Assembly: GCF_018350175.1 (NCBI RefSeq) | Contig: NC_058368.1 | Span: 139,936,001-140,000,000, forward strand | Source: Felis catus | Taxonomy: Eukaryota | Length of the DNA: 64,000 nucleotides | Reading direction: 5' to 3' | Part shown: positions 1 through 13,714 of the stretch, piece after piece | Layout: each line of letters starts with the position of its first letter | How positions within the stretch are numbered: the first letter of the stretch is position 1 | Notes under the pieces: generated by a model | Seen by the model: only the letters and a program-made list of their open reading frames with translations | Told to the model about the DNA's origin: nothing | The model's database searches: none | Position numbers and translations under genes: made by a program

Positions 1-37
1 ATCCTAGATACTGCTTCCTAGTCACTCTGGTTAAGAT

Positions 38-333
38 AGCTTCCTGAACTGTGCTCTACAGAACACCAGTTCTATGAAACATTGAGATAGGACACACCAA
101 GAAGAGGATTCCATGGCAGATAAATTAGGGAAATGCTACCTACCGTATCCTCCCAGTTGGCAATATGTAATATGTGTTAGTTGTATGAAGTAAAGAAAAT
201 ATTCTAACTTTATTTAAACCCAGTGTTTCTTAAACCTTTTTGAATATAGAACTTTATTTTTTTTTTGCTCGTTTGGATATTTATTACTAGCATCCCAAGG
301 GAAATATGTCCTGTTGAACAGTATGGAAATGCT
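38..333. mobile_element. hAT-Charlie non-autonomous DNA transposon, MER103C-like
   Basis: Degraded match to recalled MER103C consensus (ttcctgaactgtgctctacagaacaccagttc ... ggaaatgctg) with internal inverted symmetry. Confidence 0.6.
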
Positions 334-399
334 GTATTATTAGTTAATGTGTGGAGCCATGAGAACTGGCTTTCAGAACCCAATAAATGGTCTTTTGAG

Positions 400-840
400 T
401 TCTTGACTATGTACCCAACCCTACATACATATCAAGGTCATCTGGTGGAATTTGAAAAAAAAAATGCCCATTCCCGATCTCACCCCAGATCTAAGTAATC
501 TGAATCCAGGTGATAAGACCTTAGAGTCTGTATTTTAAAAATATTTCCCAGATAATTCTTTTTTTTAAAAATTTTTTTAATGTTTATTTCTGAGACATAG
601 AGCATGAGTTGGGGGGGGGGGGTGGGAAAGAGAGAGAGGGAGACACAGAATCTGAAGCAGGCTCCAGGCTCTGAGCTGTCAGCACAGAGCCTGATGCGAG
701 GCTTGAACTCACAGACTGTGAGATCATGATCTGAGCTGAAGTCGGACGCTCAACCGACTGAGCCACCCAGGCACCCCTCCCAGATAATTCTTATGAGCCA
801 GCCCAGTACTGTTCTATGGATCAGCATTTAGAAACCATTA
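400..840. mobile_element. MER5-like hAT MITE interrupted by a SINE
   Basis: cccagatctaagtaatctgaatc...ttcccagataattctt...tttagaaacca resembles the MER5 family; split by the SINE at 561-777. Confidence 0.5.
561..777 (-). mobile_element. CAN-SINE (felid SINEC)
   Basis: tRNA-like head, (CT)n tract and A-tail on minus strand; perfect 15-bp TSD tcccagataattctt (546-560 / 778-792). Confidence 0.95.
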
Positions 841-1785
841 AATTGTAGAGTTTGGGCTCAGTTGTTCCAATAAAGTTTTTGTTGCCTCTGTGAAGTCCAG
901 ACTACATAATCCGTGTAGGTGTAGTGTCATATATACCTAAACTGAATATAGCCTACCTATGTATTAATGTCAAAATTCTGGGGCTCAAAGTAGGCAAAAT
1001 GTGATTTTTCTCCTTCTGGCATTCTTCTTTAACAAAGCTAATTTTTGTCTAAATGTGTTGTCTTTTATTTTTAACTTGAAGAAAAAATGTTATTGAAGGA
1101 ATTGAATGAAGGGTTGATAAAGACAGGATAGCATACAAAATAATCTTTTAAGTCTTCAAGATGGAAGGATTTCATCTAGGGAAGTATAGCTCAAACTACC
1201 CTTTTAGTATGTTAGTAGGAACGACTCATATCAATGAACATGGAGTGGCATTTAAGTGCGGAGAAACGTGGCATTCTTTATAGGGGAATCTACTCATGCG
1301 GTCTGCACCTGAGCATCTTCCATAGATGTCTGCATCATTCTTATGGTTCAGCTTGACCATTTACTTGAAGGTAGTGAAGCATGACAGCTGATGGTTCTGA
1401 TAGATTCCTTAAACTTATCTAATATTCTGTTCCATGGTCAGAAGCAACTGTGTCCAATAACTGTGATGTTGTGAGTAATGGTTCAGAGTGGTGATAGTTA
1501 TATTAGAGTAGGTGGGATTGGTACTTTAAGAAAAATTCTACTAACATAAAAAATCTAGAATGTTTCTGCAATATGAAGTCATTTTATCATCAAAATAAAA
1601 TATGAGAAAGATAAAATTTTGGTCCAATACATTGGAGAATAATTCACATTTGGTAGGCTATTCAGAGTTACTTCACATATGATGTTGTTTTTTTTTTTAT
1701 GGTCTTTTATATATGGGAATTAATTCCAAGATAACAAACTTAGATCAGAAGATCCTGAACACTGTTAGATAAGAATTTTGCTTCT

Positions 1786-1982
1786 GGGGCACCTGGGCAG
1801 CTCAGTTGGTTGAGTGTCCAACTTTGGCTCAGATCATCATCTCACGTTTCGTGAGTTTGGCCCCACTTTGGGCTCACTGCTGTCAGCGCAGAGCCTACTT
1901 AGGATCCCCTGTCCCACTCTCTCACTGCCCCTCCCCTGATCTCTCTCTCTCTCTCAAAAAAAACAAATGAACATTTAAGAAA
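1786..1982 (+). mobile_element. CAN-SINE
   Basis: ggggcacctggg head; TSD aagaattttgct(t/c)ct at 1771-1785 / 1983-1997. Confidence 0.95.
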
Positions 1983-2024
1983 AAGAATTTTGCTCCTGAA
2001 ACAGAAATTGTCAGATGATACTTT

Positions 2025-2180
2025 AAGCAGGGCTTCTGAAGCTTTAAGGTACGTACTAATCAGCTGGGATTTTGTTAAAATTCAGATTCTGACTGAGGAG
2101 AGCAGAGGCGGGGCCTCATATTCTGCATTTCTAGCAAGCTCCCAGGTGATCTGATGCTTTATGGACCATAATGAGGTTCT
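2025..2180. mobile_element. MER5A-like hAT MITE
   Basis: ttgttaaaattcagattctga...ctgcatttctagcaagctcccaggtgat...ggacca matches MER5A. Confidence 0.65.
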
Positions 2181-2434
2181 AAGGTTTTTGGAAAGCTTTT
2201 CTCTTTGGGGGCAGATTTTATGATTTGGCTATCAGATTGGTAATACGTGGTATGAATTGGTGACAATACGTTGTTAATCAGTTTATCATGTGTACAGACA
2301 GGATGGGCACAGGAATTATTAAATTTATATTGAGTTGTTATTACATTGAGTTAATTTTGTTGTTATCGATGATATGAAAGAGATTAGTGCTATATCATAA
2401 ATATTCCAGATTTTTTTTTCACAGTTTGCCTTTT

Positions 2435-2647
2435 TTTTTTAAATTTTTTTTTTCAACGTTTATTTATTTTTGGGACGGAGAGAGACAGAGCATGAACGGG
2501 GGAGGGGCAGAGAGAGAGGGAGACACAGAATCGGAAACAGGCTCCAGGCTCTGAGCCATCAGCCCAGAGCCCGACGCGGGGCTCGAACTCACGGACCGCG
2601 AGATCGTGACCTGGGACGCTTAACCGACTGCGCCACCCAGGCGCCCC
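2435..2647 (-). mobile_element. Young felid CAN-SINE with small internal deletion
   Basis: CpGs intact; TSD tcacagtttgcctttt; ~9 bp missing relative to sister copies at 43363 and 62457. Confidence 0.95.
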
Positions 2648-3274
2648 TCACAGTTTGCCTTTTTTAAAAATTTTATTTACTATGGTTTTCCAGATGCACA
2701 TTTTAAGTTTGGATTGCTTCAGGGTTCTGAGTCATGTTTGGAAGGACTTTCAATCCAAAATTCTAAAAATATTCACCCATAATTCATACACGAATTATGA
2801 GCTGAAGCTTAGGACCCTCCCAACAAGAATGAAAGTAGCTATTGTCTTTTTGTGAGAATAGTCACTGGGGAATACTGAAGCTTTTTTTATTTTTTGCATT
2901 TTACCTGGTGACATTCTTGGCATATGTTTGTTGTTCTATTTAATGTGCGTGAGTTGGAGATTGTAAATCTGATAGAAACGAGAAAGGGGCAAAGGAAATT
3001 GGAATAATAAAAGTTTATCAAGGATATATACCAGCACTTAATTGTTAAATAGCACTGGTCTGCACAGTGCTTTGACCATAAGATATGGTTGAAGAATAAA
3101 ATAAATTTATACATGATGTTAAAACAGACATATTAATAGTTGTATTGCCAGTACTGACTGCAGTAGCATGGACTAATATTTGAGAAAATGTTGTGTTATT
3201 TTCCTGCATAGCCATCCCCTGGGAACACAGGATTTTTCTCACTGCAAGGATTTCTGTCTTGAAAGGCACTCTAT

Positions 3275-3490
3275 GGGGCTCCTGGGTGGCTCAGTTGGTT
3301 AAGTGTCCGACTTAGGCTCAGGTCATGATCTCGCAGTCTGTGAGTTTGAACTCCCATCAGACTCTGTGCTGACAGCTCCGAGCCTGGAGCCTGCTTCGGA
3401 TTCTGTGTCTCCTCTCTCTGGCTCACATTTCTCTATCAAAAATAAATAAGCATTAGGAATTTTTTTTTAAAGAAAGAATTTAAAAGAGTT
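3275..3490 (+). mobile_element. CAN-SINE
   Basis: ggggctcctgggtggctcagttggttaag head, A-rich tail. Confidence 0.92.
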
Positions 3491-3589
3491 AAAAGAATGC
3501 TCTCTACCAGAGAGCCATTATAGACTTTTAATGTAGTAATAATACTATTTTACATATTTTAAAAAGATATTTTCAAAGGATGGCTCTCA

Positions 3590-4830
3590 TGGGTTGGTTT
3601 AGGTTTTGTAGGGCCTGAAGATTAATCAAATTTTTAGACCTTCATTAAGAAAATAATGCAAAATAGGTACAGATGTGGAAATTCATTTAGAATTAGAGAA
3701 GGTAATCAAAATAAGTTATAAATTCAAAAAGCTGACAAATATACAAGTATCATAAAAATCGAAAAAATAACAAAATATTAATTAAAACACAAATTGCTTG
3801 ACATTATCTCTCTAGTACTTAATTCCTACTGTTTTGTTTTATTTTGTTTTGGTGGGAGATGCTGTATAATCTTTGATCATGGACTTTACATGATAATGGT
3901 TTTGTACTATTTTCTATAGAGGGAGTAGAAAGAGAATTTCATCTTTCCTTTATCATAATTGATCAAAATAGAAAAGTTTTAGTTTCACTACTCATTGGTA
4001 ATGTCATGTGATAATTAGGGTTCTTCTTGAATTTTGGAAAATTTCTCTTAAGTTTCTTTTACATATGAGCAGTAAGATTTCAGGATATATAATAATATAT
4101 ATCTTCTAAATTGCTTTTTAGAAATTGCTCCAATTTCTACTTATTGCTTCCTGATAAGGAAGCAATTAAACTTGGGGAGCATTGTTTTCAGTCTTCCTAA
4201 AGTCTACACTTTTCTTTTGAATTGATTGAAAATGTATTTTGATCCCCTTTTTATTTTCTTCTATTGCTGGCTTATTTAAAAATAAATCTCATTTTAGTGA
4301 GCAGGCATTTTATTGCCATACAATTATTTATTATCTCACAGTTTTCTCACTCAGTATCCCATGATCTCTGTTCTGAAAGGCAATATGTTATTTTTTGCCC
4401 AAACCACAAATGATTCTGCTAAAGGTTTTTTTAATGCCTCAAATTGAGCTGTCATCTAGTTCACTGATCCAACAAAAGAGTGATAATACATTTTATATAA
4501 ATAATTTAGGAAGATTCCTCTTGCCAAAACAAAAAGTGCCTTTAAAAATAAGCCAATATTAAGAGCAAAAATTCAGAAAAGAATATTACAGCAAATCCAC
4601 GAATGGTATTTCCCATTTATCTTAGGCTTTATGCATGAAAGCAATACCATGTATTGCAAGCAGTAAACTTTATTTTAATATCAGGTTCTTAATTCACAAT
4701 ATTATGTAGCAATTGAGCAGACTGAGTAAGAGAACAAATGTTCTTTTACAGAAAATATGGCAAAAAACAATCACCAAACATGTAGATTAAGTTTTCCTCA
4801 AGTGGCTAGTATATGAACAATACAGTTTGT
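3590..4830. mobile_element. Ancient hAT-Tip100 DNA transposon (Zaphod/MER115-like) with decayed internal sequence
   Basis: Start aggttttgtagggcctgaag...tttagaattagagaagg...aaaagctgacaaata resembles the Zaphod terminus; AT-rich interior with no ORF. Confidence 0.55.
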
Positions 4831-4883
4831 TGTTGGAATATGCTGGTATTTTATATTAACTCAGAATACATGGTAGCTTATGT

Positions 4884-5090
4884 CAGGGGTTGACAGACTT
4901 TTTCTGTACAAGGCCAATAGAAAATATTTTAGGCTTTGTGGGGCCACTGGGCTTCTGTTGGAACTATTCAACTCTGCCATTATAGTACAAAAGCAACCAT
5001 AGGCAACGAGTAAACAGTGGTGTGGCAGTGTACCAATAAAACTGTTTATCACAACAGGAGGGCAGGAGGGGTAGAGTTTGCCGATCCCTG
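4884..5090. mobile_element. MER58A hAT-Charlie MITE
   Basis: Termini cagggg...ccctg; degenerate 8-bp TSD gcttatgt / gcctatat. Confidence 0.85.
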
Positions 5091-5198
5091 GCCTATATGC
5101 TAGATGTGACAGGCATAGGAAGCATTGCTCCAGGATGTCATTGAGAGTTCAAGCATGAATGCTAGGAAATATAGGAACATTTATAAGAGAATGTTACA

Positions 5199-5382
5199 GG
5201 GGCGCCTGGATAGCTTGGTTGCTGAAGTGTCTGACTCTTGATTTTGGCTCAGATCATGGTCTCATGAGATCGAACCCCACATTGGGCTCTGTGCTTGGGA
5301 TTCTTTCCCTCTCTCTCTGTCCCTTCCCCACTCTCTCTTTCCTCTCTCTCTCTCTCAAAATAAATAAATAAACATTTAAAAA
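5199..5382 (+). mobile_element. CAN-SINE (older subfamily)
   Basis: ggggcgcctgg head with ctcttgattttggctca variant, (CT)n tract, aataaa tail. Confidence 0.9.
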
Positions 5383-6349
5383 CTCTATATTACAAAAAAC
5401 ATGAAGAAATCACATATTAAACATGGCAAATAAATAAAACCCATACTTAGATAAAATCTGAAATAATGTCATAAAAATTTCAAAGCTGGTAGAAAGAGAC
5501 AAGAAAAGACTAAGATCTAATAGAGCAGCCTCTCTCCTCTCAAGGCAAGAGGGAGAATAATTCAGAGGATACGGATGGTAAATTGGGACTAAAGAGCATT
5601 TACTGCAGCTCAGACTCAGACTGGTCTTAATGTCACACCCCCAGGAGAAAGTACCTTGTTCCCTTAGTTACCTAGATTGGAATGAACCACTGAGCTGGAC
5701 TTAGCTTGGTGTGAAGTGAGTAGTCCCTACTTGGTCTCACCTGCCCTTTCCACCAGTGATGATCCTGAGATTACCCAAACATAACCCAGATTATGATGAC
5801 CCAAGACCCGCTGACTTTATTTATCCGCCCACCCCCCCCCCCCCCCCCGCCCCAGGTATACTCAGATATATCAGAGAGGTCCTGAGGTGCTTCCTTCTAC
5901 GTGGTGAGCCCTACTTCCTCACCCTCCTGCCCTCCGTTTTCCCTGGCACACCTTCACAGTGGTGCCTCTCTGGCTGATGATCCTCGTGCTTTGCAGAGCA
6001 CAGCTGACCCCCACTGCTTCAGGAGAAAAGATCCATTTTTTCTCCTTGTAGAGATGACATTCAGTTTTAACCAAGCTGTAGTGGCTTTAATGGATACAGA
6101 TCTATTTTGTCACAAGACAACTTAGAGGTATATAGCCTTGACTCCTTTTCTGCCACCATTCTTAGCCTGTGATTTTTATCCTCATGGTTGAAAATGGCTG
6201 CTTTCACCCTCAGATCATGTCCACAGTCCAGGCAGGAACAAGGTAGATGAGGAAGAGTTGGCACTAGCAGACGATTACTTATGTAATTTTGGCCAGGCTT
6301 TGTCAAATGGTCATATTTGTTTGCCATTGAGTCTGAGGAATGTATATAC

Positions 6350-6392
<43 letters not shown>

Positions 6393-6506
6393 TAGATATA
6401 GATATAGATGGATATAGATATAGATGATATAGATATAGATATAGATATAGATATAGATATAGATATAGATATAGATATAGATACACACACACACACACAC
6501 ACGTAC
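6350..6506. repeat. Compound microsatellite (TAGA)n-(TAGATA)n-(CA)n
   Basis: Directly visible; explains the YL/YI/SI-repeat ORFs at 6067-6526. Confidence 0.98.
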
Positions 6507-6639
6507 ACAGTGGTTGGGTTAGCCAAACTGTACTGAATTCACAACCTCTTATCTATTTGATTCCATGAGCAGGACAGACCTTTCCCCTAAGTTACCCAAA
6601 GTATAGTAGAGATTAGGCTATAGCTTTGGAAAAATAGCT

Positions 6640-7418
6640 CTTTATTTCAACTAGTTTATGACTCCAAAGAAGCTACAGAAATAGTAACATAGATCCTGTA
6701 TTCCCTTTAAATAGCTTCCCCAAATGATAATATCTTACATGAATATAGTGTATCATAACCAGGAGATTGATGCTGGTACAATACCACTAACTCAGGTATA
6801 GACCATATTTGAATTTCACCAGTTTTATATGCACTTTTTTTTCTTTTTGGTGTATAGTTCTATGATATTTTATTGCATGTCTAGATTTGAGTAACCATTA
6901 TCACAACAGGGATACAGGACCATCCTGTCACCACAAAGAAACGCCTTTGTGTTACCCCTGAAGAGTCACACACCTTCAGCCCCTTAACAACTACTCCCCT
7001 GTTCTCCATCACTATAAGTTTTCCAATTTGAGAATGTTATGTAAATGGAATAATAGAATATGTTGCCCTTTGCGATTGCCTTTTTTCATATAACATAATG
7101 TCCTTGACATCCATCCAAATTTTGATTGTAACAAAAGTTCATTCCTTCTCTGAGTAATATTCCATTAGAAGGATATACCACAGTTTGTTCATCCATCCAC
7201 TCCATATAGGACATTTGGCTTGTCTCCAGGTTTTGTCTATTACAAATAACACTACTATAAACATTCACATACAGATTATTTGTGAATATAAATTTTCATT
7301 TTTTTAGGATAAATGCCAGGAATGCTTTTGCTGGGTTATATGTTAAGTGTATGTTCAACATTATAAGAAACTGTCAAACTGTTTTCCAAAGGGTGTTTAC
7401 CATTTTACATTCTCATTA
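6640..7418 (-). mobile_element. Old L1 (L1MC-like) 3' fragment
   Basis: Antisense L1 3' end motifs: gagtaatattccatt...ggacatttgg...aagaaactgtcaaactgttttccaaa. Confidence 0.8.
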
Positions 7419-9290
7419 TTCAGAATGGCCAAAAAGGTGAAACAATTCAACCCACATATTCACCAATTGATGGATAGCCAAAAGATGGTACATCTGTATA
7501 ATGGACTGCTATTTGGCAATTAAAAGAAATGCAATACTGATACAAGATAATCATAGAATAAATAAAAAATATTATGCTAAATTAAATAAGTCAGACACAA
7601 AAGACCACATTTTATGTGATTTTGTTTTTATGAAATGTCTAGAATAGGAGAATCTATAGAGAGGGCAAATTGGTGGTTTGTGCAAGGGGATGGGGAGTGA
7701 CTGCTAATGAGTATGAGGTTTAAATTTCAGGTGAGAAAAATCTACAATTAGATTCTAATTGTGACAGCTGCACAAATCTGTAAATATGTTAAAACCCTTA
7801 GAATTATACACTTAGAATGAATAGATTTTATGGTATTTAAGTTGTGAGTTTAATAATGCCACTAAACTTTACATAAAAATGTAAAAAAAAAAACCACCCT
7901 AGAATAGCCCAAAGATCTTTGAGAAACAAGAATAAATTTGGAGAGCTAATACTATATTCAAGACATTATGAATCTATAGTAATCAAGACAGTGTGATATT
8001 GACATACAGATAATATATCAATGGAACCAAATAGTAAGTTCAGTAATAGATGCACATTTGTGTTGACACCTGATTTTTGTGACAATGGCACAAAGGCTAT
8101 TCAGTGAAGAAATTATAACCTTTTGAAAAATAGATGCTGAAATAATTAGATATTCATATATAAAAAAGTGAACTTCAATCCATACCTATACCACATAAAA
8201 AGTTAACTCAAAATAGATCATAGACCTATATGTAAAGCTTTTGTAAAACTTTTTAAAGAAAGCATGTGTTACTGAGTTGAGCAAAGATTTCTTAGATATG
8301 ACACCAAAACATGATTCATAAATTAAAATATTGGTAAGTTGGAATTCATCCTTAAAACCTTCTGCTTCTGAAGGACACTGTTAAGAAAATGAAAAAGTGA
8401 ATCACATATAGCAAGAAACATTTTACAAATCATATATCTGATAAATAAACTGTATATAGAACATATAAAGAACACTAGGTCTTAGAGAACTAACTTTAAA
8501 ATTTTTTAAATGAGCAAAAACTTTGAACAGACATTTCACCAAAGACCAACAGATGGCAAGTAAGTACATGAAACTATGCTCAACCTCACTAGGGAAAGAG
8601 AACTTAAATCCTCAAGGAGATACAACATGTATTATACCTTGTAGAATGGCTAAAATGAAAAAGACTGACCACACCAAGTATTGATGGGGATATGAAGGAA
8701 CTAGAAGTCTCATACACTACTGGTGGGTTTGCATTGTGGAACAACCACTTTGAAAAATAGTTTGGCAGTTTCTGAAAAAATTAAACATATTCCCACCATG
8801 TGATCTAATCGTTCCATTCCTAGATATTTACCCAAATGTAGTGAAAACATTTTTGCATACAAGGACTTGAAAACAAACGTTCATAGAAGTTTTATTTATA
8901 ATAGATGAGAGCTAGAAGCATCCTAAATGGTTATCAGCAGGTGAATGAATAAACAAATTATCCATGCAATGAAACAGTACTCAGCAATTAAAAAGAAATG
9001 AACTAGTGAATTGTGGGGCAACATGGATTAATCTCCAATTAGTAATGCTTGGTGAAATAAACCAGACAGAAAAGAGTATATACAATTGCATTTATATAGA
9101 TTTTAGAAAAATGTAAATTAATCTATTGTGACAGAAAGCAAAATAGAGGTTCCCTGATGGTGTGGAGGGTGTAGCATAGGCAGTTTGGTTGTGGGAGAGA
9201 GATTAAAAAGGGACACGTGGAAACATTTGAGGTGATGAATATGTTCACTGTCTCAAAGCTGGTTTTATTTATTTGTGGGTGAGATTCAAA
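7419..9290 (+). mobile_element. Old L1 (L1MB/L1MC-like) ORF2-3'UTR fragments, probably two pieces
   Basis: Sense L1 motifs: atcaagacagtgtg, aacagacatttcaccaaa, aaccactttgaaaaatagtttggcagtttc. Confidence 0.8.
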
Positions 9291-9346
9291 CTGACCAACA
9301 GTGAAGAATAACACCTGATGTTTTCTCCCCATCAAAAGTGTGCTGA

Positions 9347-9547
9347 GGGGCGCCTGGGTGACTCAGTCGGTTGAGTGTCAGACTTCAGCTCAGGTCCTGA
9401 TCTCATGGTCTGTGAGTTCGAGTCCTGCTCTTCTGACAGCTCAGAGTCTGGAACCTGCTTCAGATTCTATGTCTCCCTCTCTCTCTACCCCTCCCAATTT
9501 GTGCTCTGTGTCTCTCAAAAATAAATAAACATTAAATTTTTTTTTTA
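9347..9547 (+). mobile_element. CAN-SINE
   Basis: Head ggggcgcctgggtg; TSD aaaagtgtgct(g/c)a. Confidence 0.93.
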
Positions 9548-10149
9548 AAAAGTGTGCTCAACAACAGCAACAACAGAACAGTTGCATTGGGCTTATCCTT
9601 GCTCCTCTTTTCTCCAGGGATTTGACAGTCTAAATAATTGATCAATTTGTATTCCAGTTTATGATTTATAATGGCAATGTAGCTTCTGACTAAGGAAAGG
9701 AAGATATTGCTTTATGGCTTACAGAAAAAAGGTCAAAAGATTGATGTGCCATCAACACATACAACAAATGAATTATTGAGCTTCTGGCTAGGAATTCAGA
9801 TGTGTTTACTTGGATGTGGAATGCCAAGAAGTCATTAATGATGACTAGAAGACAATGATGAAAAGGAAGAGGCCAAAGTTTCACTATTTACTGTTGATTC
9901 TACTAAGTGATTCTGGATGAAGCATTTCACCTTTTTGATATTGTGGTCTTTTCGTCAATAAAACGCAAATTTAAAGGCTGTCTCTAACTTTCTGAGTAAG
10001 AATTTCTTGACGGGGCTGAACTTGAAATATTCAAAGGGCTTAATTCAGGAAAGATGGACTCATATGGCTTGGGAATATACCAAACTATTTATATAGTGGA
10101 GGTATCATAGATGATCTTAATTTTCTGTAGTTCTCAAAATTCTGCTATG

Positions 10150-10275
10150 AATAGGTATTAATATTATAATTAGGAAAAACTAATACCTATAAGATTATAC
10201 ATATAATATAAATATATGTATATTATTATATTTATAATTTATACATATATATAAATTTAATATATATGTCTAATA
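10150..10275. repeat. AT-rich low-complexity tract
   Basis: Degenerate (TA)/(TAA) run. Confidence 0.85.
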
Positions 10276-10459
10276 AAAATGGGCTCAAACCTCCTTGGTG
10301 AACATTGTTATGTATAGAGGGCCTACATTATAGAAAGAGGACAATCTGACTACCTGTCTGTCCTGATGCCCTTCCCTCTTTCCTATGCTCTCCCTTTCCC
10401 CACATGCCCAGCTTTATTTTGCTAGGGTGGTTAAGGCTGGGGTTGCCATATTCTTAGCT

Positions 10460-10950
10460 ATTGTAGCTGAATAATGGCTTGAGAAGAAATCCAGCTCCTA
10501 ATCTCTGGAACTCATGAATGTTGCCTTATATGACAAAAGGTACTTTGCAGATTAAGTTAAGGATTTTGAGAAGGGGAGATTTTCTCAGATTATCCAGTGG
10601 GCTCTAAATGTAATCACAAGTGTCATAAAAGGGACACAGAGAGAGATTTGACTACAGAAGAAGGCACCGTGAAGACTAAAGCAAGATGCTACTCTGCTGT
10701 GTTTGAAGATGGAGGAAGGACCCATGAGTCAAGAAATGCAAAGCATAAGCTCTAGAAGCTGGAGAAGGCAAGGAAGAGCTTCTGCCCTAGACCCTCTGGA
10801 GGGAGAGTGCCCTCTGACATGTTGATGTCAGCCCAGTGAAATTGATTTCAGATTTATGACCTCCAGAACTATAAGCTATATGAGAATAAATGTATGTTGC
10901 TTTGAACCACCAATTTGTGGTGATTTGTTATAGGGCTACAGGGAGTGAAT
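10460..10950 (+). mobile_element. MaLR LTR (MLT1D-like)
   Basis: aataatgg...tttgcagattaagttaaggattttgag...gaagctggagaaggcaagg...aataaatgtatgttgcttt...tttgttata. Confidence 0.85.
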
Positions 10951-11206
10951 CCATTGGTCTTATCCTGAACAGGCCATAGTGGACTCTTGGAGTCAGCAGC
11001 CCCCTCAGGTCCTCTGTTGCAACAGAAGCACCTAAAATACCAACAAATCTTTCTCTTGTCAGTAAAGATTAAACTTCATGGCTTAACAATGACTTAAAGA
11101 CTTGCAACTACTTGGGAAGGAATGATATAGAAGAAGGGGACTGAAAACTCCATCCTGCTATGATATGAGCTGGACACCTGTCATCCCATGCCTCTCTGTT
11201 ATATAT

Positions 11207-11425
11207 TTTAAAAATTTTTTTAATGTTTTTATTTTTATTTTGAGAGAGAGAGAGAGACAGAGCGTGAGTGGGGGAGGGGCAAAGAGAGAGGGATACAGAG
11301 AATCTGAAGTAGGTCCAGACTCTGAGCTGTCAGCACAGAGCCTGACGAGAGTCTCAAACTTGTGAACCGCTAGATCATGACTTGAGCCCAAGTCTGGCGC
11401 TCAACTGAGCCACCCAGGCGCCCCC
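11207..11425 (-). mobile_element. CAN-SINE
   Basis: Antisense head cacccaggcgcccc; degenerate TSD ctg(t/c)tatat. Confidence 0.93.
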
Positions 11426-13714
11426 CTGCTATATGTTAACAGTTCTGGCCCAATCTCTATTAGGCAGATAAATGTGCCATTACAGACTCATCTGGTCTAG
11501 TTGGCAGGTTGTCAATATGGAGAGGTAATCACTTTGGGGATAGTCTTCTCTAGCAGAACATCTTAGGGTAAGCTTGTTGTCAAATATTTGTTATGCTTCT
11601 CTCTCCATGTAAGACAGAAGTCCATCGTGGTGTTCTTATTTACTACGCTGGTATTGGGTCTCTGAACGCCTCTCAATACACAGCTCCCAATGACTACTGC
11701 CAAATGAGAGACATGGTTCAGGAAGTTTGCCATCCTAGTCCTAAGGGTGTGCCAGGCCTGAGAACACTCATGACAACTCTAAGCAGACTATATTTCTCCC
11801 ACCAGACTGTGGACCAAAATGACCTGATTCAATTTATAAATGTTTCTTTCCTTTTAAAAAATATTCCTTAAGAGTCTCTTCTATGAATCATGAATAACAT
11901 CCCTTTAAAATCATCTCAATTATGAGAAATCTCCAACTGTGAACACTCATTAATTGTTCAGAGCTCATCAGAGAAAGAGGTGTTATAGAAATAAAAAAAG
12001 ATTGTTAGGTGTTTTTCTTTTAAAGTTATAAACAAATTCTTTAATATTTATTCTCTCTGTTGGGTAGTTTTTGCATGTTGGATATCAAATATTCTTTGTG
12101 TGCTGCTCTGTCTTTAACACTTCCCTCTCAACTTCAGGTCACATCAGATTACAGTTTGGTTTTCACCTAAGGTGCCCACTGTCTTGCTTGTGCCTCTGGA
12201 CGATCTTGAACTCAACTTTGCATCTTTGTGTCACTATTGTCATTGACATTTGAGGTAATGGGACATTCATTACATCTCCTAGGTCCCCAGGAGCACAGTG
12301 AACAAACTCTTTGGATCTTTGATTGCCCTAAGCCATGCTCTCTTCTTGGGACTTGAGCTTGGCAAAAGTAGATTTTGTTCATTAGTAGGAATGACAATTT
12401 ATGAGGTAGGCCTTCATCATAAGGTCTGGCTGAGAGGGAGCAGTTTTCATGCCTTGGTAAATGCAAGGGTAGCAGAGCTAGCTTAACTAAATGTCTCATC
12501 TGTCTGTATATTTCATGCAATTGTTTTGTTTATAAGTAGTTTAAACATGAGTTTCTTTTGTAATGAGCTATAAGATGGAAATCTGAAATGTGAGCATGCT
12601 TTATAAATTTGGAATTGATTTACTGCAAGTGGTATACCTGTAGAGGTCATCAAAAGTACTCATTGTGATGGACAGTTTTTCCCCATGCATACTATCTGTA
12701 CCCTCTTAACTACTATTCCAAAAAGCTGTTTAGAGTAATCCTGAGAACTGTAGTGCTCAGGTAACAAAAGCTGTCTATGGAAAGGAGAAGCTGAAATCCC
12801 AGTTTTAAAAGGAAAAATTTCTTGACAGGTCAACTGATAGGCGTTGAGGCCCCCTTTATTACTGTTCTTAAAGACCCACATTTGAGGTTGGCAGGAAGAG
12901 TGAACACACAAAATTCTGGGGGAAATGCACAAATCAAAATGGCCATGAGGAAGTATATTAGAAATATCTCTGAAGGTTTTTAAAGAAATTATCACCTGTT
13001 CCGCATGTTCATATATACAAACTATTTGTATATTCAGTAAATGGCTAAATGGAAGCAGCTTACTTTTTTCACCAAGAGAAGCACTTAACTCTGATATTTA
13101 ATAACATACAGAAATAATACATTTCTATAGGGGCTGGTTGGACCCCAATACCATTAGGTATCATTTTATTTCCTGCTCCAGGTTGCTGCCATTCCAAGGC
13201 ATGGATCCTATCCTCTGGGATCATTCTGTGGGCTTTTGGCTATGTGAAAATTAACGCAGCTCTGAAAATCCCACCCTTCTGGAATTCATTATTAAACCCC
13301 TATTTGTATAACTTTCTGTCATCTCTGCTTTGCTGGTAAAGGGACTGTTTCTGATAAGTTGCCATTTGCCACTAAACTTCCTTCAAAACTCACTTTTTCT
13401 TCTATTTTGTTGATTTGGTCTAGGCTACAATGGGGAACTTTCATTGGGTGAACGTTTCCTCCCCTTTGCTCATCCTTGTCCATCCTTCTCCACCATTACT
13501 AGCTACGCTAAGGAGATGACCAGTAGTGAAGAGTAGCTTGAACAATTCAGGTGGGTCAACACATTGGGGAGTGTGAGGACCCCACTCTGTCCACAGAGAA
13601 GTGATCCTTCAAATGAAGGACTGAAGGATGTTTTGCTGCATCACATGTACAGCCATAGACTGGGGGCCTTGGAATAAACAACAATAATAATAGTGGTGAT
13701 GATGGTAATGGTAG

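Noticed and set aside
6067..6526. ORFs with YL, YI and SI dipeptide repeats
   Set aside because: Microsatellite translation artefacts
7380..7460. Minus/plus L1 junction as a twin-priming inversion
   Set aside because: Both sides cover overlapping parts of the L1 3' end and no shared TSD is visible; two independent old insertions are more parsimonious
11593..11871. 92-aa ATG ORF in unique sequence
   Set aside because: No recognisable domain, promoter or convincing splice context; length is within chance expectation
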